A stretch of DNA of 64,000 nucleotides, taken from the NCBI GenBank assembly GCA_052327205.1, contig CM126207.1, positions 192,634,001 through 192,698,000 of the forward strand, in the 5' to 3' direction. A program made the translations under genes and the position numbers. This document shows, one piece after another, positions 49,211 to 62,079 of this stretch; the stretch's first letter is position 1, and each line of letters starts with the position of its first letter. Source of the DNA: Somniosus microcephalus. Lineage: Eukaryota. The notes below the pieces were generated by a model. That model was not told the origin of the DNA. It saw nothing but the letters and a program-made list of their open reading frames with translations, and searched no databases.

Positions 49211-50354
49211 GAGCAGTTTTCAGTCTGAGCATTTAGTGAACAGTGATCATATCAAGCTTGGGGCTAACCTCGGAGTTGAAAAGGAATCTGATTCAGGTGG
49301 AATTGAATCAAAAATTGGCAGGCAAAACAGTAATTGAACAATGGGAGGCCTTCAAAGAGGAGATGATTTACATAGAGTAGACACATTCCCATGAGGGGGA
49401 AAGGAAGGGCACCCAAAGCTGGAGCTTCCCCTGGATGACTAAATATAGAGGTTAAAATGAGACAGAAAAAGGAGGCTTATGACCATTTTGTTTTCAAATT
49501 CCTCCAGAGATGGCTTTGCCTTCTCCAGCTCTACAACCCTCTGATTTCTGCACTGCTCCAATTTTGGCCTCTTGGTGGCCGTGCTTTCAGCTGCTAGGCC
49601 CTAAACTCTGGAATTCCCTCCCTAAACCTCTTCGCCTCTACCTCTCCTCCTTTAAAACACTTGTTAAAACTTCGCTCTTTCTGTCCTAATATCGCCTTGT
49701 GTGGCTCAGTGTCAAATTTTGTTTGCTTACACTCCTGTGAAGCACTGTGGACATTTTACTGCATTAAAGGTGTTATATAAATGCGAGTTCTTGTTAATAC
49801 AGTAGCGAACCAAGCTGAATTTAGAAGGTACAGAGATCTTAAAAAAAGGGAATGAGAGGCAAAGTGAGAAATGAGAAATTATTAGTGGCTAACAAAAGGG
49901 AACCCAAAAGGCTTTTATAAACACATAAATAGTAAAAGGGTAGGCAAAGGAAGAGTGGGACTGAATAGGGACCAAAAAGGAGAGTTTCTTGTGGAGGCAG
50001 AGGGCATGGCTGAGTTACTAAATGAGTACTATGCATCTGTCTTCACTAGAGAAGAGGATGCTGCCAATGTACCAGTAAAGGAGGAGGCAGTAGCAATATT
50101 TACAAAATATTTGATAGAAGAGGTCTTCAAAGTAGAAAAGTCATCCGGTCCAGATGGGATGCATCCTAGGTTACTGAGGGAAGTAAAGGTGGAAATTGTG
50201 GAGGCTCTGGCCACAATCTTCCAATCCTCCTTGGATATGGGGGTGGTGCTGGAGGATTGCACATGTTTCAATGCTTTTTTTCAAAATGAGAGGGATAAAC
50301 CTGGCAACTACAGGCCAGTCCGTGTAATGTCGGTGGTGGGGAAGCTTTGAGACA

Positions 50355-53300
50355 TGATGGGCCTTCAATAACCACAAAACTAGAAGTTATAGACTTAAAC
50401 AAGTTGGCTTTTAATCACTAAGATCAGAGCTAACATCTCAACACGCCGACTGGTTCACAGGAATGAGTCATACAGATCCTGGGATCTTTATGTCGGAGAA
50501 GTCAGGGGCGGAGCCAAGAGCCAAGACCTGGAACCTCCCAGGTTAGTCGGGAAAGAGGAAGTGAAACTATACACAGTGGGGGAGGGTAATATACATGAGT
50601 GCAAAACGAATACAGGATCAAGACAAACAGATTTCATTATATTCACCCCTTCTGTAGATTTAGTCCATCGGGGTGATGTTTCTTAAAAGTTGGTATAAGT
50701 GAGTCTGTCAGGAGGTTTTGCAGTTCTCCGTGATCGACGCAAAGCCGGTTGGGGTGCCTCTAGGGGAGTGGATTCTGGTTCCTCCGCTGTCCGGGCCTCC
50801 GCAGTGTCTTCCAGGTTATCTGCAGTGTCCTCCAGGTTAAAGTTGGGTATTGATACCTCTGGGCGTCCTGCCTCTTTGTAGTGTAGGTCTTCATCGGGTA
50901 GTCTCCCATCGTTATCTCCGCTCCCCGAGGGAGCGAGGTCTTTTATGGAAACAGTGTCCTCTCACCCATCAGAGTATTCGATATAGGCGTACTGAGGGTT
51001 TGCATGGAGGAGCTGTACCTTTTCCACAAGGGGGTCCGTTTTATGGCCTCTCACGTGCTTCCGCAATAGTACTGTCCCCGGAGACGTCAGCCACGCGGGT
51101 AGAGATATGCCCAAGGTGGATTTCCGGGGGAAAACGAACATCTTTTCGTGAGGGGTAGCGTTAGTGGCAGTACATAAGAGACCTTATGGAGTGGAGCACG
51201 TCTGGGAGGACTTCCTGCCAGCGGGAGGTCGGAAGGCCTTTTGACTTTAAGGCTAACGTGACAGCCTTCCAAACAGTAGCATTCTCCCTTTCCACTTGCC
51301 CATTACCCCGGGGGTTGTAGCTAGTGGTTCTGCTAGTGGCTATCCCCTTCGAGAGCAAGAACTGGCGCAGCTCGTCACTCATGAATGACGTCCCCCTATC
51401 GCTGTGTATGTAGTTCGGCATGCCAAACATGCAGAATAGATTACAGAGACACTTAATGACCGTGGCACTGGTCATGTCTGGGCAGGGGATGGCGAAGGGG
51501 AAGCGGGAATATTCATCGATGATATTGAGGAAGTATACGTTATGGTCGGCAGAGGGAAGGGGTCCCTTGAAGTCCAGACTTAGGCGCTTGAATGGCCGTG
51601 TGGCTTTGATAAGGTGTGCACGGTCAGGCCTGTAGAAACGAGGCTTGCATTCCGCACAGATGCGGCAGGCTCTGGTCATTGCCCTGACCTCCTCGATGGA
51701 GTGGGGCAGATTGCGGGACTTTATAAAATGGTATAGTCGGGTGACCCTGGTGACACAGGTCGTTGTGGAGACCCTGTAATTTGTCCGTATGAATGCTGGC
51801 ACACATTCCCCGCGATAGGGCGTCTCTGGGTTCATTAAGGGCTCCCGGCCTGTACATAATATCATAGTCGAACGTGGATAGTTCGATCCTCCACCTGAGT
51901 ATTTTCTCATTCTTGATTTTCCCCCTTTGTTATTAAACATGAAAGCCACCGACTGCTGGTCGGTGAGCAGGGTGAAACGTTTGCCGGCTAGGTAGTGTCT
52001 CCAGTGCCGCACTGCCTCCACTATAGCCTGTGCCTCCTTCTCGACAGAAGAGTGCCTGATTTCAGGTCCCTGAAGGGTTCGGAAGAAGGCGGCCACAGGT
52101 CTCCCAGCCTGATTGAGGGTCGCAGCTAAGGCAAAGTCTGATGCATCGCTTTCGACTTGAAAGGGAATGCATTTGTCCACTGCACACACTGCAGCCCTTT
52201 CAATGTCCTGTTTAATACTGGTGAAAGCCTCCCGAGCTTCAGCTGATAGTGGGAAGGACGTCTATTTAATGAGGGGTCGGGCCTTATCGGAGTAATTGGG
52301 CACCCATTGGGCATAATACGAAAAAAATCCCAGGCACCTTTTTAAAGCTTTGGGATTGTGTGGCAGGGGCAGTTCCTTTAGGGGGCGTAATCGGTCAGGG
52401 TCCGGTCCAATTACCCCATCTTCCACCACACAGCCGAGGATACAGAGACGGGTTGTGTTGAAGACACATTTGTCTTCGTTATAGGTTAGATTCAGCTTTA
52501 GGGCAGTTTTTAAATCTCGAGATTTAGATCGTGGTCTTGCTGGTTGTGCCCGCAGATAGTGACATTGTCCAGATAGGGGTAGGTAGCTTGTAGTTTATCC
52601 TTGTCAACCATGCGGTCCCTCTCACGTTGGAAGACCGAGACCCCATTTGTTACCCCGAAGGGCACTCTGAGAAAATGGTAGAGGCGCCCGTTCGCCTTGA
52701 AGGCGGTGTATGGGCGGTCCTCCGTTCTAATGGGGAGCTGGTGATACGCGGATTTGAGGTCGATAGTCGAGAAGACTCGGTATTGCGCAATCTGGTTGAC
52801 CATTTCTGATATGCGGGGTAAAGGGTAGGCGTCCAGCTGGGTATAAATATTAACAGTCTGGCTGTAGTCAATTACCATCCGTTTCTTTTCGCTATTTTTA
52901 ACTATGACTACTTGGGCACGCCATGGGCTGGTACTGCATTCAATAATGCCTTCCCGCAAGAGTCTGTCCACTTCCGCCTTGATAAAGTGTCTGTCTTCCA
53001 GACTGTACCGTCTACTTTTGGTTGCTATGGGCCTACAGTTCGGAGCGAGATTAGCGAATAAAGAGGGCGGGCTGATTTTTAAGGTTGATAGGCCACAGAC
53101 TGTGAGTGGCGGCTGGGACCCGCCATATGCTAGCGTGACACTTTTGTGGTGGCACTGGAAGTCCAGGCCCAAGATTACATTAACAGAGTTCTGGCATCAC
53201 GAGGAGTTTAAAATCCTTGTAGTCTGTGCCTTTTACAGTCAGTGTTACCACACAGTAGCCCAAAATGTCCGAAGTGTGGGGCTTAGCAGCCATAGCAATT

Positions 53301-54681
53301 CTGTTCCGTGTAGGGGTTACCGTTAATGAGTGCCGCCGTACCAGGCTAGGGTGGATAAAACTCTCGGTACTCCCACAGTCAATTAAACATTTCGTTAAAT
53401 TCCTGTTTACCTGTATGTCCATCATGGATTTTGTCAACGGGTGTGGCCTGGATTGATCCACCGTGATCGAAGCCACTGTTGGGCCCTGGGCGGCCGTTGA
53501 GTCGGGAAAAGATGGCGGATCCCAAGATGGCGGCACGCACGAGGCGGTGACTGAGTTGGAAATCGGATTCCCCCTGCAGACTTTGCTAAAATGCCCCTTT
53601 TTCTTACATTTGAAGCATGTAGCGTCCTTCGCTGGGCATCGTTGTCTGGGGTGCTTGGCCTGGCCGCAGAAGTAGCATTTCGGGCCTCGAGACATTGCCG
53701 CTGTAGTAGGACTCCTGGGTGAACTTCTGTGTGGGGACTCCGGCGGCGTAGAGCTGGTCTGAGACCTGGATGGGGAAGATGGCTGATTCCAAGATGGCGG
53801 CCCCCTCGGCGCGCACGAGGCGGTGAGGGCCGCATGGCCGGAAGAATAAGAGTCAGAGTTTCTCTGGGCCACGTCCAGCGATTGCGCAGTGGCCACTGCC
53901 TTTTTTAAGTCCAGGACCTCCTTCTCCAGCAGTCTCGCCAGATATAATTCGATTTGAGGCCCGTGATGAAGAAATCGCAGACCAATTCGTCAGAGTACAC
54001 GTTGGCCGTCACGGCCTTGCAGTTACAGTCCCGGACCAGGTCCTTTAGGCCCTGTAAGAAATCGTCCATTGATTCCTCTGGTCGCTGCCTGCGTGTAGCC
54101 AGCAGATGTCTGGCGTACACTTCGTTTACCGGCCTCTGGTATTGGGCCTTCAGGATAGTGATGGCCTCCGTGTAAGAGGTGGCGTCCCGGATGAACGAAT
54201 AAATCCGATGACTTACGCGAGTAGTCAGTACACTCAGTTTATCTACCTCGCTAGCGGATGAGGCCCCCGCGAAGAGTTCGAAGCATTTGAGCCAGTGTCC
54301 AAATTGATTTGATGCTTCAGCAGAATGTGGATCCAAGTCCAGACGCTCTGGTTTTAGGAGTCGATCCATCCTAGTATTCTTTAGTGATTAAAATTGATGG
54401 GCCTTCAATAACCACAAAACTAGAAGTTATAGACTTAAACAAGTTGGCTTTTAATCACTAAGATCAGAGCTAACATCTCAACACGCCGACTGGTTCACAG
54501 GAATGAGTCATACAGATCCTGGGATCTTTATGTAAGAGAAGTCAGGGGCGGAGCCAAGAGCCAAGACCTGGAACCTCCCAGGTTAGTCGGGAAAGAGGAA
54601 GTGAAACTATACACAGTGGGGGAGGGTAATATACATGAGTGCAAAATGAATACAGGATCAAGACAAACAGATTTCATTACA
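50355..54681 (-). mobile_element. Full-length Gypsy LTR retrotransposon, frameshifted
   Basis: 287-bp LTRs at 50355-50641 and 54395-54681; 5-bp TSD AGACA; PPT AGAAGGGGTGAA; no tRNA-like PBS seen. Confidence 0.93.
50690..54369 (-). pseudogene. gag-pol (2x CCHC, protease IDCG, RT, RNase H, integrase) broken into several ORFs
   Basis: ORFs 54369-53905, 53896-53180, 53172-52510 and 52189-51161: IDYSQ, DLKSAYHQ, PFGVTNG, YLDN, ESDASD, TDQ, SDRG, NGQVER. Confidence 0.9.
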
Positions 54682-54934
54682 AGACAATAATCTGGGACAA
54701 AATTAATTGGTATTTGGAAAAGTATGGGCTAATAAATAAGTCAGCGTGGATTTGTTAAAGGCAAATAGTGTTTGACTGACTTGATTGAGTTCTTTGAAGT
54801 AATTGAAAGGGTTGATGAGGGTAGTGGTGGTTGATGTATATATGGACTTTCAGAAGGCGTTTGGTAAAGTACCACATAATAGACATGTTAGCAAAATTAA
54901 AGCCCATGGGATTAAAGGGACAGTGGTGGCATGA

Positions 54935-56570
54935 ATACAAAAGAATGGAGAGGGATGATGTAGGCATAGAAATCAGGCAGGGGGATTGTGATCTACTTGA
55001 ACAAATTAGCATTGAGAGGGAGGAGGTACTAGCAGTTTTAGCGGGCTTAAAAGTGGATAAATCCCCAGGCCCTGATGAGATGTATCCCAGGCTGTGTGAG
55101 GCAAGGGAGGAGATTGCAGGGGCTCTGACACAAATTTTCAAAACATCTCTGGCCACAGGGGAGGTGCCAGAGGACTGGAGGACAGCTAACGTAGTACCAT
55201 TATTCAAGAAGGGTAGTAGGGATAAACCAGGGAATTACAAGCCAGTGAGCCTAACATCAGTGGTAGGGAAATTATTTGAAAAAATTCTGAGGGACAAAAT
55301 TAGTCTCCACTTGGAGAGGCAAGGATAGTCAACATGGCTTTGTCAGGGGAGATCATGTCTAACCAATTTGATTGAATTTTTCGAGGGGGTGACTAGGTGT
55401 GTGGATGAGGGTAGTGCAGTTGATGTAGTCTACATGGACTTCAGTAAGGCTTTTGACAAAGTCCTGCATGGGAGACTGGTCAAGAAGGTAAGAGCCCATG
55501 GGATCCAGGGCAATTTGGCACATTGGATCCAAAATTGGCTTAGTGACAGGAGGCAGAGGGTGTTGGTCGAAGGTTGTTTTTGTGACTGGAAGCCTGTGTC
55601 CAGTGGTGTACTGCAGTGATCGGTGCTGGGTCCCTTGCTGTTTGTAGTGTACATTAATTATTTAGATATGAATGTAGGAGATATGATCAGTAAGTTTGCA
55701 GATGACATGAAAATTGGTGAGTGGTAAATATTGAGGGAAGCCTCGGGCTATAGGACGATATAGATGGGTTGGTTAGATGGGCAGAGCAGTGGCAAATGGA
55801 ACTTAACCCTGAAAAGTGTGATGCATTTTGGGAGGACTAACAAGGCAAGGGGAAAACACAATGAATGGTAGGACTCTAGGGAGGATCAGAGGGACCTTGG
55901 TGTGCATGTACATCGATCCCTGAAGGCAGCAGGACAGGTAGATAAGGTGGTTAAAAAGGCATATGGGATACTTGCCTTCATTAGTCAAGGCATAGAATAT
56001 AAGAGCAGGGAGGTTATGATGCAGCTGTACAAAATGCTAGTTAGGCCACAGCTGGAATACTGTGTGCAGTTCTGGTCGCCACACTATAGGAAGGATGTGA
56101 TTGCATTGGAGAGGGTGCAGAGGAGATTCACCAAGATGTTACCTGGGCTGGAGCGCTTCAGCTATGAAGAGAGACTGGACAGGCTGGGATTGTTTTCCTT
56201 AGAGCAGAGAAGGCTGAAGGGGAACCTGATTGAGGTGTACAAAATTGAGGGGCATAGATAGGGTAGATAGAAAGGAACTTTTCCCCTTAGTAGAGGGGTC
56301 AATAGCCAGGGGACATAGTTTCAAGGTGAGGGGATTTGAGGAAAAACTTTCTCACCCAGAGGGTGGTTGGAATCTGGAACTCATTGCCTGAAAGGGTGGT
56401 AGAGGCAGGAACCCTCAACATTCAAGAAGCATTTAGATGAGCACTTGAAACGCCATAGCATACAAAGCTACGGACCAAGTGCTGGAAAATGGGATTAGAA
56501 TAGATGTGTCTGCGCCAGCCATCAAGACCTGATGGGCTGAAGGGCCTCTTTCTGTGCTGTATAACTCTGA
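54935..56570 (+). mobile_element. CR1 LINE (RT to 3' tail) nested within another CR1
   Basis: KSPGPDEMYPR, YMDFSKAFDKV, VRPQLEYCVQFWSP; the outer CR1 resumes near 56572. Confidence 0.82.
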
Positions 56571-56989
56571 CTAAAATTGGCTAAGCAACAGAAAGCAAAG
56601 AGTAGTGGTGAGTAGTTTTTCCAGACTGAAGGGAAATAGTGGTGCACACCCCTAGATTTCCATATTAGCACCACTGTTCTTTCTGATATATATTAATGAT
56701 CGGGACTTTGGTATACAGGGTGCGATTTCAAAGTTTGCAGATGATATGAAACTCAGAAATGTTGTAAATAATGAGGAGGATAGTAACAGACTTCAGGAGG
56801 ACATAGACTGTTGAAATGGGCAGTCACATGGCAGATGAAATTTAACACAAGTGTGAAGTGACACATTTTGGTAGGAAGAATGAGGAGAGGCAATATGAAC
56901 TGTGACACAGAATGTACAGCACAGAAACAGGCCATTCAACCCAACTGGTCCATGCCGGTGTTTATGCTCCACACTATCTCCTCTCCCTA

Positions 56990-57185
56990 CTTCACCTGAG
57001 AGCAGACAGGGCCTTGGCTTAACAGCTCATCTGAAAGATGTTACCTCTGACAGTGCAGCAGTCTCTCAGTACAGTACTGCACTGGAGTGTCAGCCTAGAT
57101 TTCTATGCTCAAGTCTCGAGTGGGGCTTGAACCCACAACCTTCTGACTTGGAGGCGAGGGCTACCAACTGAGCCACTGGCTGACG
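56990..57185 (-). mobile_element. tRNA-derived SINE (Deu/Sac-like) fragment
   Basis: ggggcttgaacccacaaccttctgact...ccaactgagcca is a reverse-complement tRNA-like head; core tcatctgaaaga...gacagtgcagca. Confidence 0.6.
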
Positions 57186-57389
57186 CTGGGGCGGGCGGGG
57201 GCATCCGTCTGCTTGTCTTGTATAGATCCTCCCACCATGCTAAAGGCTGTAGAAATGAAGAGATTCCAACTCTTCCCACTACAGCTACTTGATGGTGTTA
57301 CCTGCAGACTGGGTATGAAACCACATACTCCTATATTCGGGGATTACTGCCTACCATCATTGGGCTGCAGAAATTGACCAAGAGATTGA

Positions 57390-59220
57390 TTTAAGAGGGG
57401 AAAAAGAGTATGAGAGTAAACTTGGAAGGAACATAAAAGCGGACTGTAAAAGCTTCTACAAGTATGTAAAAAGATTAGTGAAGACAAATGGGTCCCTTAC
57501 AGTCAGAAATGGTAGAATTTATAATGGGGAACAAGGAAATGGCAGAGCAATTAAACAAATACTTTGGTTCTGTCTTCACGGAAGAGGACACCAATAACTT
57601 CCCAGAAATGTTAGGGAACGAAGGGTCCAGTGAAAAGGAGGAATTAACGGAAATTAGGATTGGGGGAAAAAAAGTGCTGGAGAAATTAATGGGACTGAAA
57701 GCTGATAAATCCCCAGGGCCTGATGATCTGCACCCCAGAGTACAAAGAGGTAGCCATGGAAATAGTGGATGCATTGGTTGTCATCTTCCAAAATTCTATA
57801 GATTATGGAACCGTGATTGGAGGGTGGCAAATGTAACCCCACTATTTAAAAAAGGAGGGGAGAGAAAACAGGGAACTACAGACTGGTTAGCCTAACATCA
57901 GTAGTAGGGAAAATGCTCGAGTCTATTATAAAGGATGTGATAACAGGACACTTAGAAAATATCAACGGGATAAGACAAAGTCAACATGGATTTATGAAAG
58001 GGAAATAGTGTTTGACAAACCTACTGGCGATTTTTGAGGATGTAACTGGTAGACTAGATAAAGGAGAACCAGTGGATGTGGTGTATTTGGATTTTCAGAA
58101 GGCCTTTGATGAAGTCCCACAAGAGGTTAGTGTGCAAAATTAAAGCACATGGGATTGGGGGTAATATACAGGCATGGATTGAAAATTGGTACAGACAGGA
58201 AACAGTAGGAATAAATGGGTCTCTTGGGGTGGCAGATGGTGAATAGCGGGGTACTGCAGGGATCAGTGCTTGGGCCCCAGCTATTCACTATGTCAATGAT
58301 GATTTGGATGAGGGAACCAAATGTATTATTTCCAAGTTTGCTGACGACATGAAACTAGGTGGGGTTGTGAGGATGCAAAGAGGCTTCAAGGTGATTTAGA
58401 CAAGTGAGTGGGCAAATACATGGCAGATGCAGTATAATACAGATAAATGTGAAGTTATCCACTTCGGTAGGAAAAACAGATAGGCAGAGTATTATTTAAA
58501 AAGTGATAGATTGGGAAATGTTGATGTACAAAGGGACCTGGGTCTCCTTGTACACCAGTCACAAAGTAAACATGGAACTGCAGCAAGCAGTTAGGAAGGC
58601 AAATGGTAGTTGGCCTTCAGTGCAAGAGGATTTTGGTACAGGAGCAAGGATGTCTTACTACAGTTATACAGGGCCTTGGTGAGACCGCACCTGGAGTACT
58701 GTGTGCCGTTTTGCTCTCCTTACCTAAGAGAGGATAGACTTGCCATAGAGGGAGTACAGCGAAGGTTCACCAGACTGATTCCTGGGATGGCAGGACTTGT
58801 ATGAGGAGAGATTGGGTCAACTAGGCCTGTATTCATTAGAGCTTAAAAGAATGAGAGGGGATCTCATTGAAACATATAACATTCTGACCGGGCTAGACAG
58901 ACTGGATGCAGGGAGCATGTTTCCCCTGGCTGGGGGGTCTAGAACAAGGGGTCACAGTCTCAGGATACAGGGTAGGACATTTAGGACTGAGATGAGGAGA
59001 AATTTCTTGACTTAGGGTGGTGAACCTGTGGAATTCTCTACCACAGAAGGCTGTGGCGGTCAAGTCACTGAACATATTTAAAAAGGAGATCGATAGATTT
59101 CTAGACACAAGGCATCAAGGGGTATGGGGAGAGAGTGGGAATATGGTATTGAGATAGAGGATCAGCCATGATATTGAATGGTCGAATGGCCTACTCCTCC
59201 TATTTTTCTATTTCTATGAA
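57390..59220 (+). mobile_element. CR1 LINE, 5'-truncated, decayed
   Basis: KSPGPDDLHPR, LVRPHLEYCV, RMRGDLIETY and CR1 tail. Confidence 0.85.
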
Positions 59221-60254
59221 ATGAGTTACTGCAGATCGGCCCTTCCAACCGGCAGAATCATTGTTTAATTTGCCTTGGTGCATGTGAAAAAGCTACGGCA
59301 CCATTTAAGTGGGCAGAATCACTTACAAGCATCACTGCCTAGTGTGAAGGTGGGCTATACAGAACAGGAAGGGCCATCTTCATCCCTGGTCTGTACTGAG
59401 TTGGCTGGTCTCGGGCAGGGCAGCAGTTGGGGCTGCAGTTCCCCTCCGCATTCCCAGGATCGGGTGGGGAAAATCAGCCAGCTTCCTGATCCCTGCTGAG
59501 AAATGTGCAGGTGGGTGTTGGGTGAGGACAGGATTGAACTTAGCTTCTTGGGTTGAGATACTGAAGGGTTCCCATGGAACTGTACCCCAGCAAGGAGTCC
59601 TGTTCTGCAGCAGAGGGAACAAAGCAAGCAGGAAGACTAAAACTAATATTTCATCAGAGGCTAAAAGTGAATTCCAGCCTCAAACTGAGTCAATCGTTGC
59701 TGTTTGAGCACATCCTGAACAATTTCATGTTTTGGAAATGGAATCTCTACTTTTACCATCAGCTGAACGCAGTTGACAATGGTGCAGGTGATAAATTGTA
59801 AAATACGTCGAGACACACAGCTGACAGGCTCCACACAGCAAGTACTGAAGGACTGGGGTGGTTCTGGACAGCAGCTCTCTGGTAAATGAGCCATTCAGGA
59901 TATATTACAGAAAGAGAACAATCATTTCTGGAAGTAAGATACAGCCTGTTCTTGAATCAAACTGCTCGGATAAGAAAGGGACATCCCAAAGTGAAACTCA
60001 GCCAATACTTTTCAAGTAGCCACTGTTGTAATGTAAGGAAACGTGGTGGTTAATGCCAGCGGATTATGTCACCAAGGTGCGGAGAGTCAAGGATAGATCC
60101 TTGGGGCATTCCTGAGGTGACAGTGCCAGGAGAAGTGGGCTTGAGGAGGTGATTAGAGGTGGAGAAGAGGAGTCTTGGGTTGCCCTTGTCCTCCAGGATG
60201 ATTTTAGAATAGGTGGTTTTAGCAGGAGAAAGTGGTACAGGGTACACAGAAGCT

Positions 60255-60635
60255 GGCGTTGTTCTCTTTAGAGCAGAGGAGATTTGATGGAGGTGTTCAA
60301 AATCATGAAGGGTCTTGATAGAGTAAATAAGGAGAAACTGTTTCCAGTGGCAGAAGGGTCATTAACCAGAGGACACAGATTGAAAGTGATTGGCAAAAAG
60401 AACCAGAGGCAACATGAGGAAATATTTTTTTACATGGCGTGTTGTGATCTGGAATGCACTGCCTGACAGGGTGGAGGAAGCAGATTCAACAGTAACATTC
60501 AAAAGAGAATTGGATAAATACTTGAAGGAAAAAAATTACAAGGCTCTGGGGAAAGACTAATTCGATAGATCTACCAGGCACAGGCACGATGGACCCAATG
60601 GCGGCCTCCTGTGCTGTATCATTCTGTGATTCTCT
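60255..60635 (+). mobile_element. CR1 3' fragment (preceded by a minus-strand L2 scrap ~60050-60250)
   Basis: EVFKIMKGLDRVNKEKLFP...TRGHRLKV. Confidence 0.7.
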
Positions 60636-62079
60636 GTGGACGTCATTGTGAGAATCTTGTGGTTTCACTGACTCTATAAACTACTTGAACTGTACTGATG
60701 TGGTTTGAATCACTTGCCTTTGTGCCTTGTAGCTGTTGTGTAGTTTTTCCAGTTATTTTAAGTTTATTGATGTGGTCTGGTTTCCATCAGCTCTACTTCA
60801 ACTGGTCTGAGGAAGGAGAATTGATTGACCCAAGAAATGCTAGGTAGATTGAAAACTGTGGCTGGTCTTGGACCAGTTGATTAGAAATTATTTCCTGCAT
60901 TCCTTTCTAGTAAGTGTGTGGATTTGCTGTTTAGGTGGCTGAATGATTTAATTGAATAATAAAGGAAAACCGTGCCACGAGAGAGAGGGTTATCAACAAG
61001 CCTAAGAACTGAAGCAAAATGTGACAAAGATGAATTAGTTAAATGCTGCATTTTGTTACTGCGGGCATTGAGGTGACTAGCTACTGTCAGCTCGAGCTGT
61101 GATTCTTGCTGTGTTTTCGACAGAACTGGCTGTAACAAAAATAGAATTTTCATCCTGTTAATCATACACCTCCATCTTTTAAAGGTGGTGGTAACTCCAT
61201 TCTAAAATGGACTCCAAGCGCTTCATTAGACACTAGTGGCTGCTCAGACATTTCGAAGATTACTTGAGCCTTAAAGGGGAAAAATATCTAACACAAGAAC
61301 CTTTGACTGCTCTTCAGTTTCTGTTCATTGTCATTGTAAGATGGGTGAAGCTCTGCAAGCAGTGTTTGTGTGTACATCCCATGTCTTGAAGAATTTGCCA
61401 AAAGGTTTGGACATTTTAAAACGGTCAGTAATATGTATTGGCGATTTTGCTGTGTTGTATCCTGTCTGCTTTTGCTTCTTTGAATCATTTATTGTTATAA
61501 CCTATTTGGGCAGTAGTTTAGCCTGTGCAGAGTAGCCTAAAGGTGTGATATATTCCATATGCTGAAATGACTAGGAATGTAGTAGGTGTTCTGTGCTTGC
61601 AACCCCATTGTTTGATCTAGGCTATGCTGAACCAGTGTGGCAGAAAATAAAAAGCACAGGTTCCAGTTGGTACGAGGTGCTGGCTACCAGATCCAACTAT
61701 TTTGTTTTTTATTTCTGTTTACAGTATTCACGCCTTTTACTTATCAGCTGTGGTTAGTGACTGAAGTTGAAGTATGCTGTATATCAGGTTTAGATAGTTT
61801 ATTTAGTTTCTACGAATATTGTTTTGTCCAGAGATTGTATTACTTTGTGTTAGGTTGTTCTGTTTATCTCATTGCTCATGCTTGAATTAAAAAAAAATTC
61901 TCTTGCCGTGCTGATGCCACCTATAGTGTTCCATTGGATTCATTGACCAATCCGATCACATTCCTGCTGGCTTATTCAATGGATTTATTGTACTGTATTA
62001 TCCTTCCTGTTAGCCTCTGCTGTGGTTATGCCTGTACCAACCTACAGGGGACCAATGAAGAAATGAGATGATTAGAAAG

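Larger units (their letters stand above)
48160..50354 (+). mobile_element. Old CR1 LINE (APE to early RT) fragmented by MITE, Penelope, L2 and Gypsy insertions; resumes at 54682
   Basis: DYRPPN, IGDFN, KSSGPDGMHPRLLRE, PGNYRPV. Confidence 0.75.
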
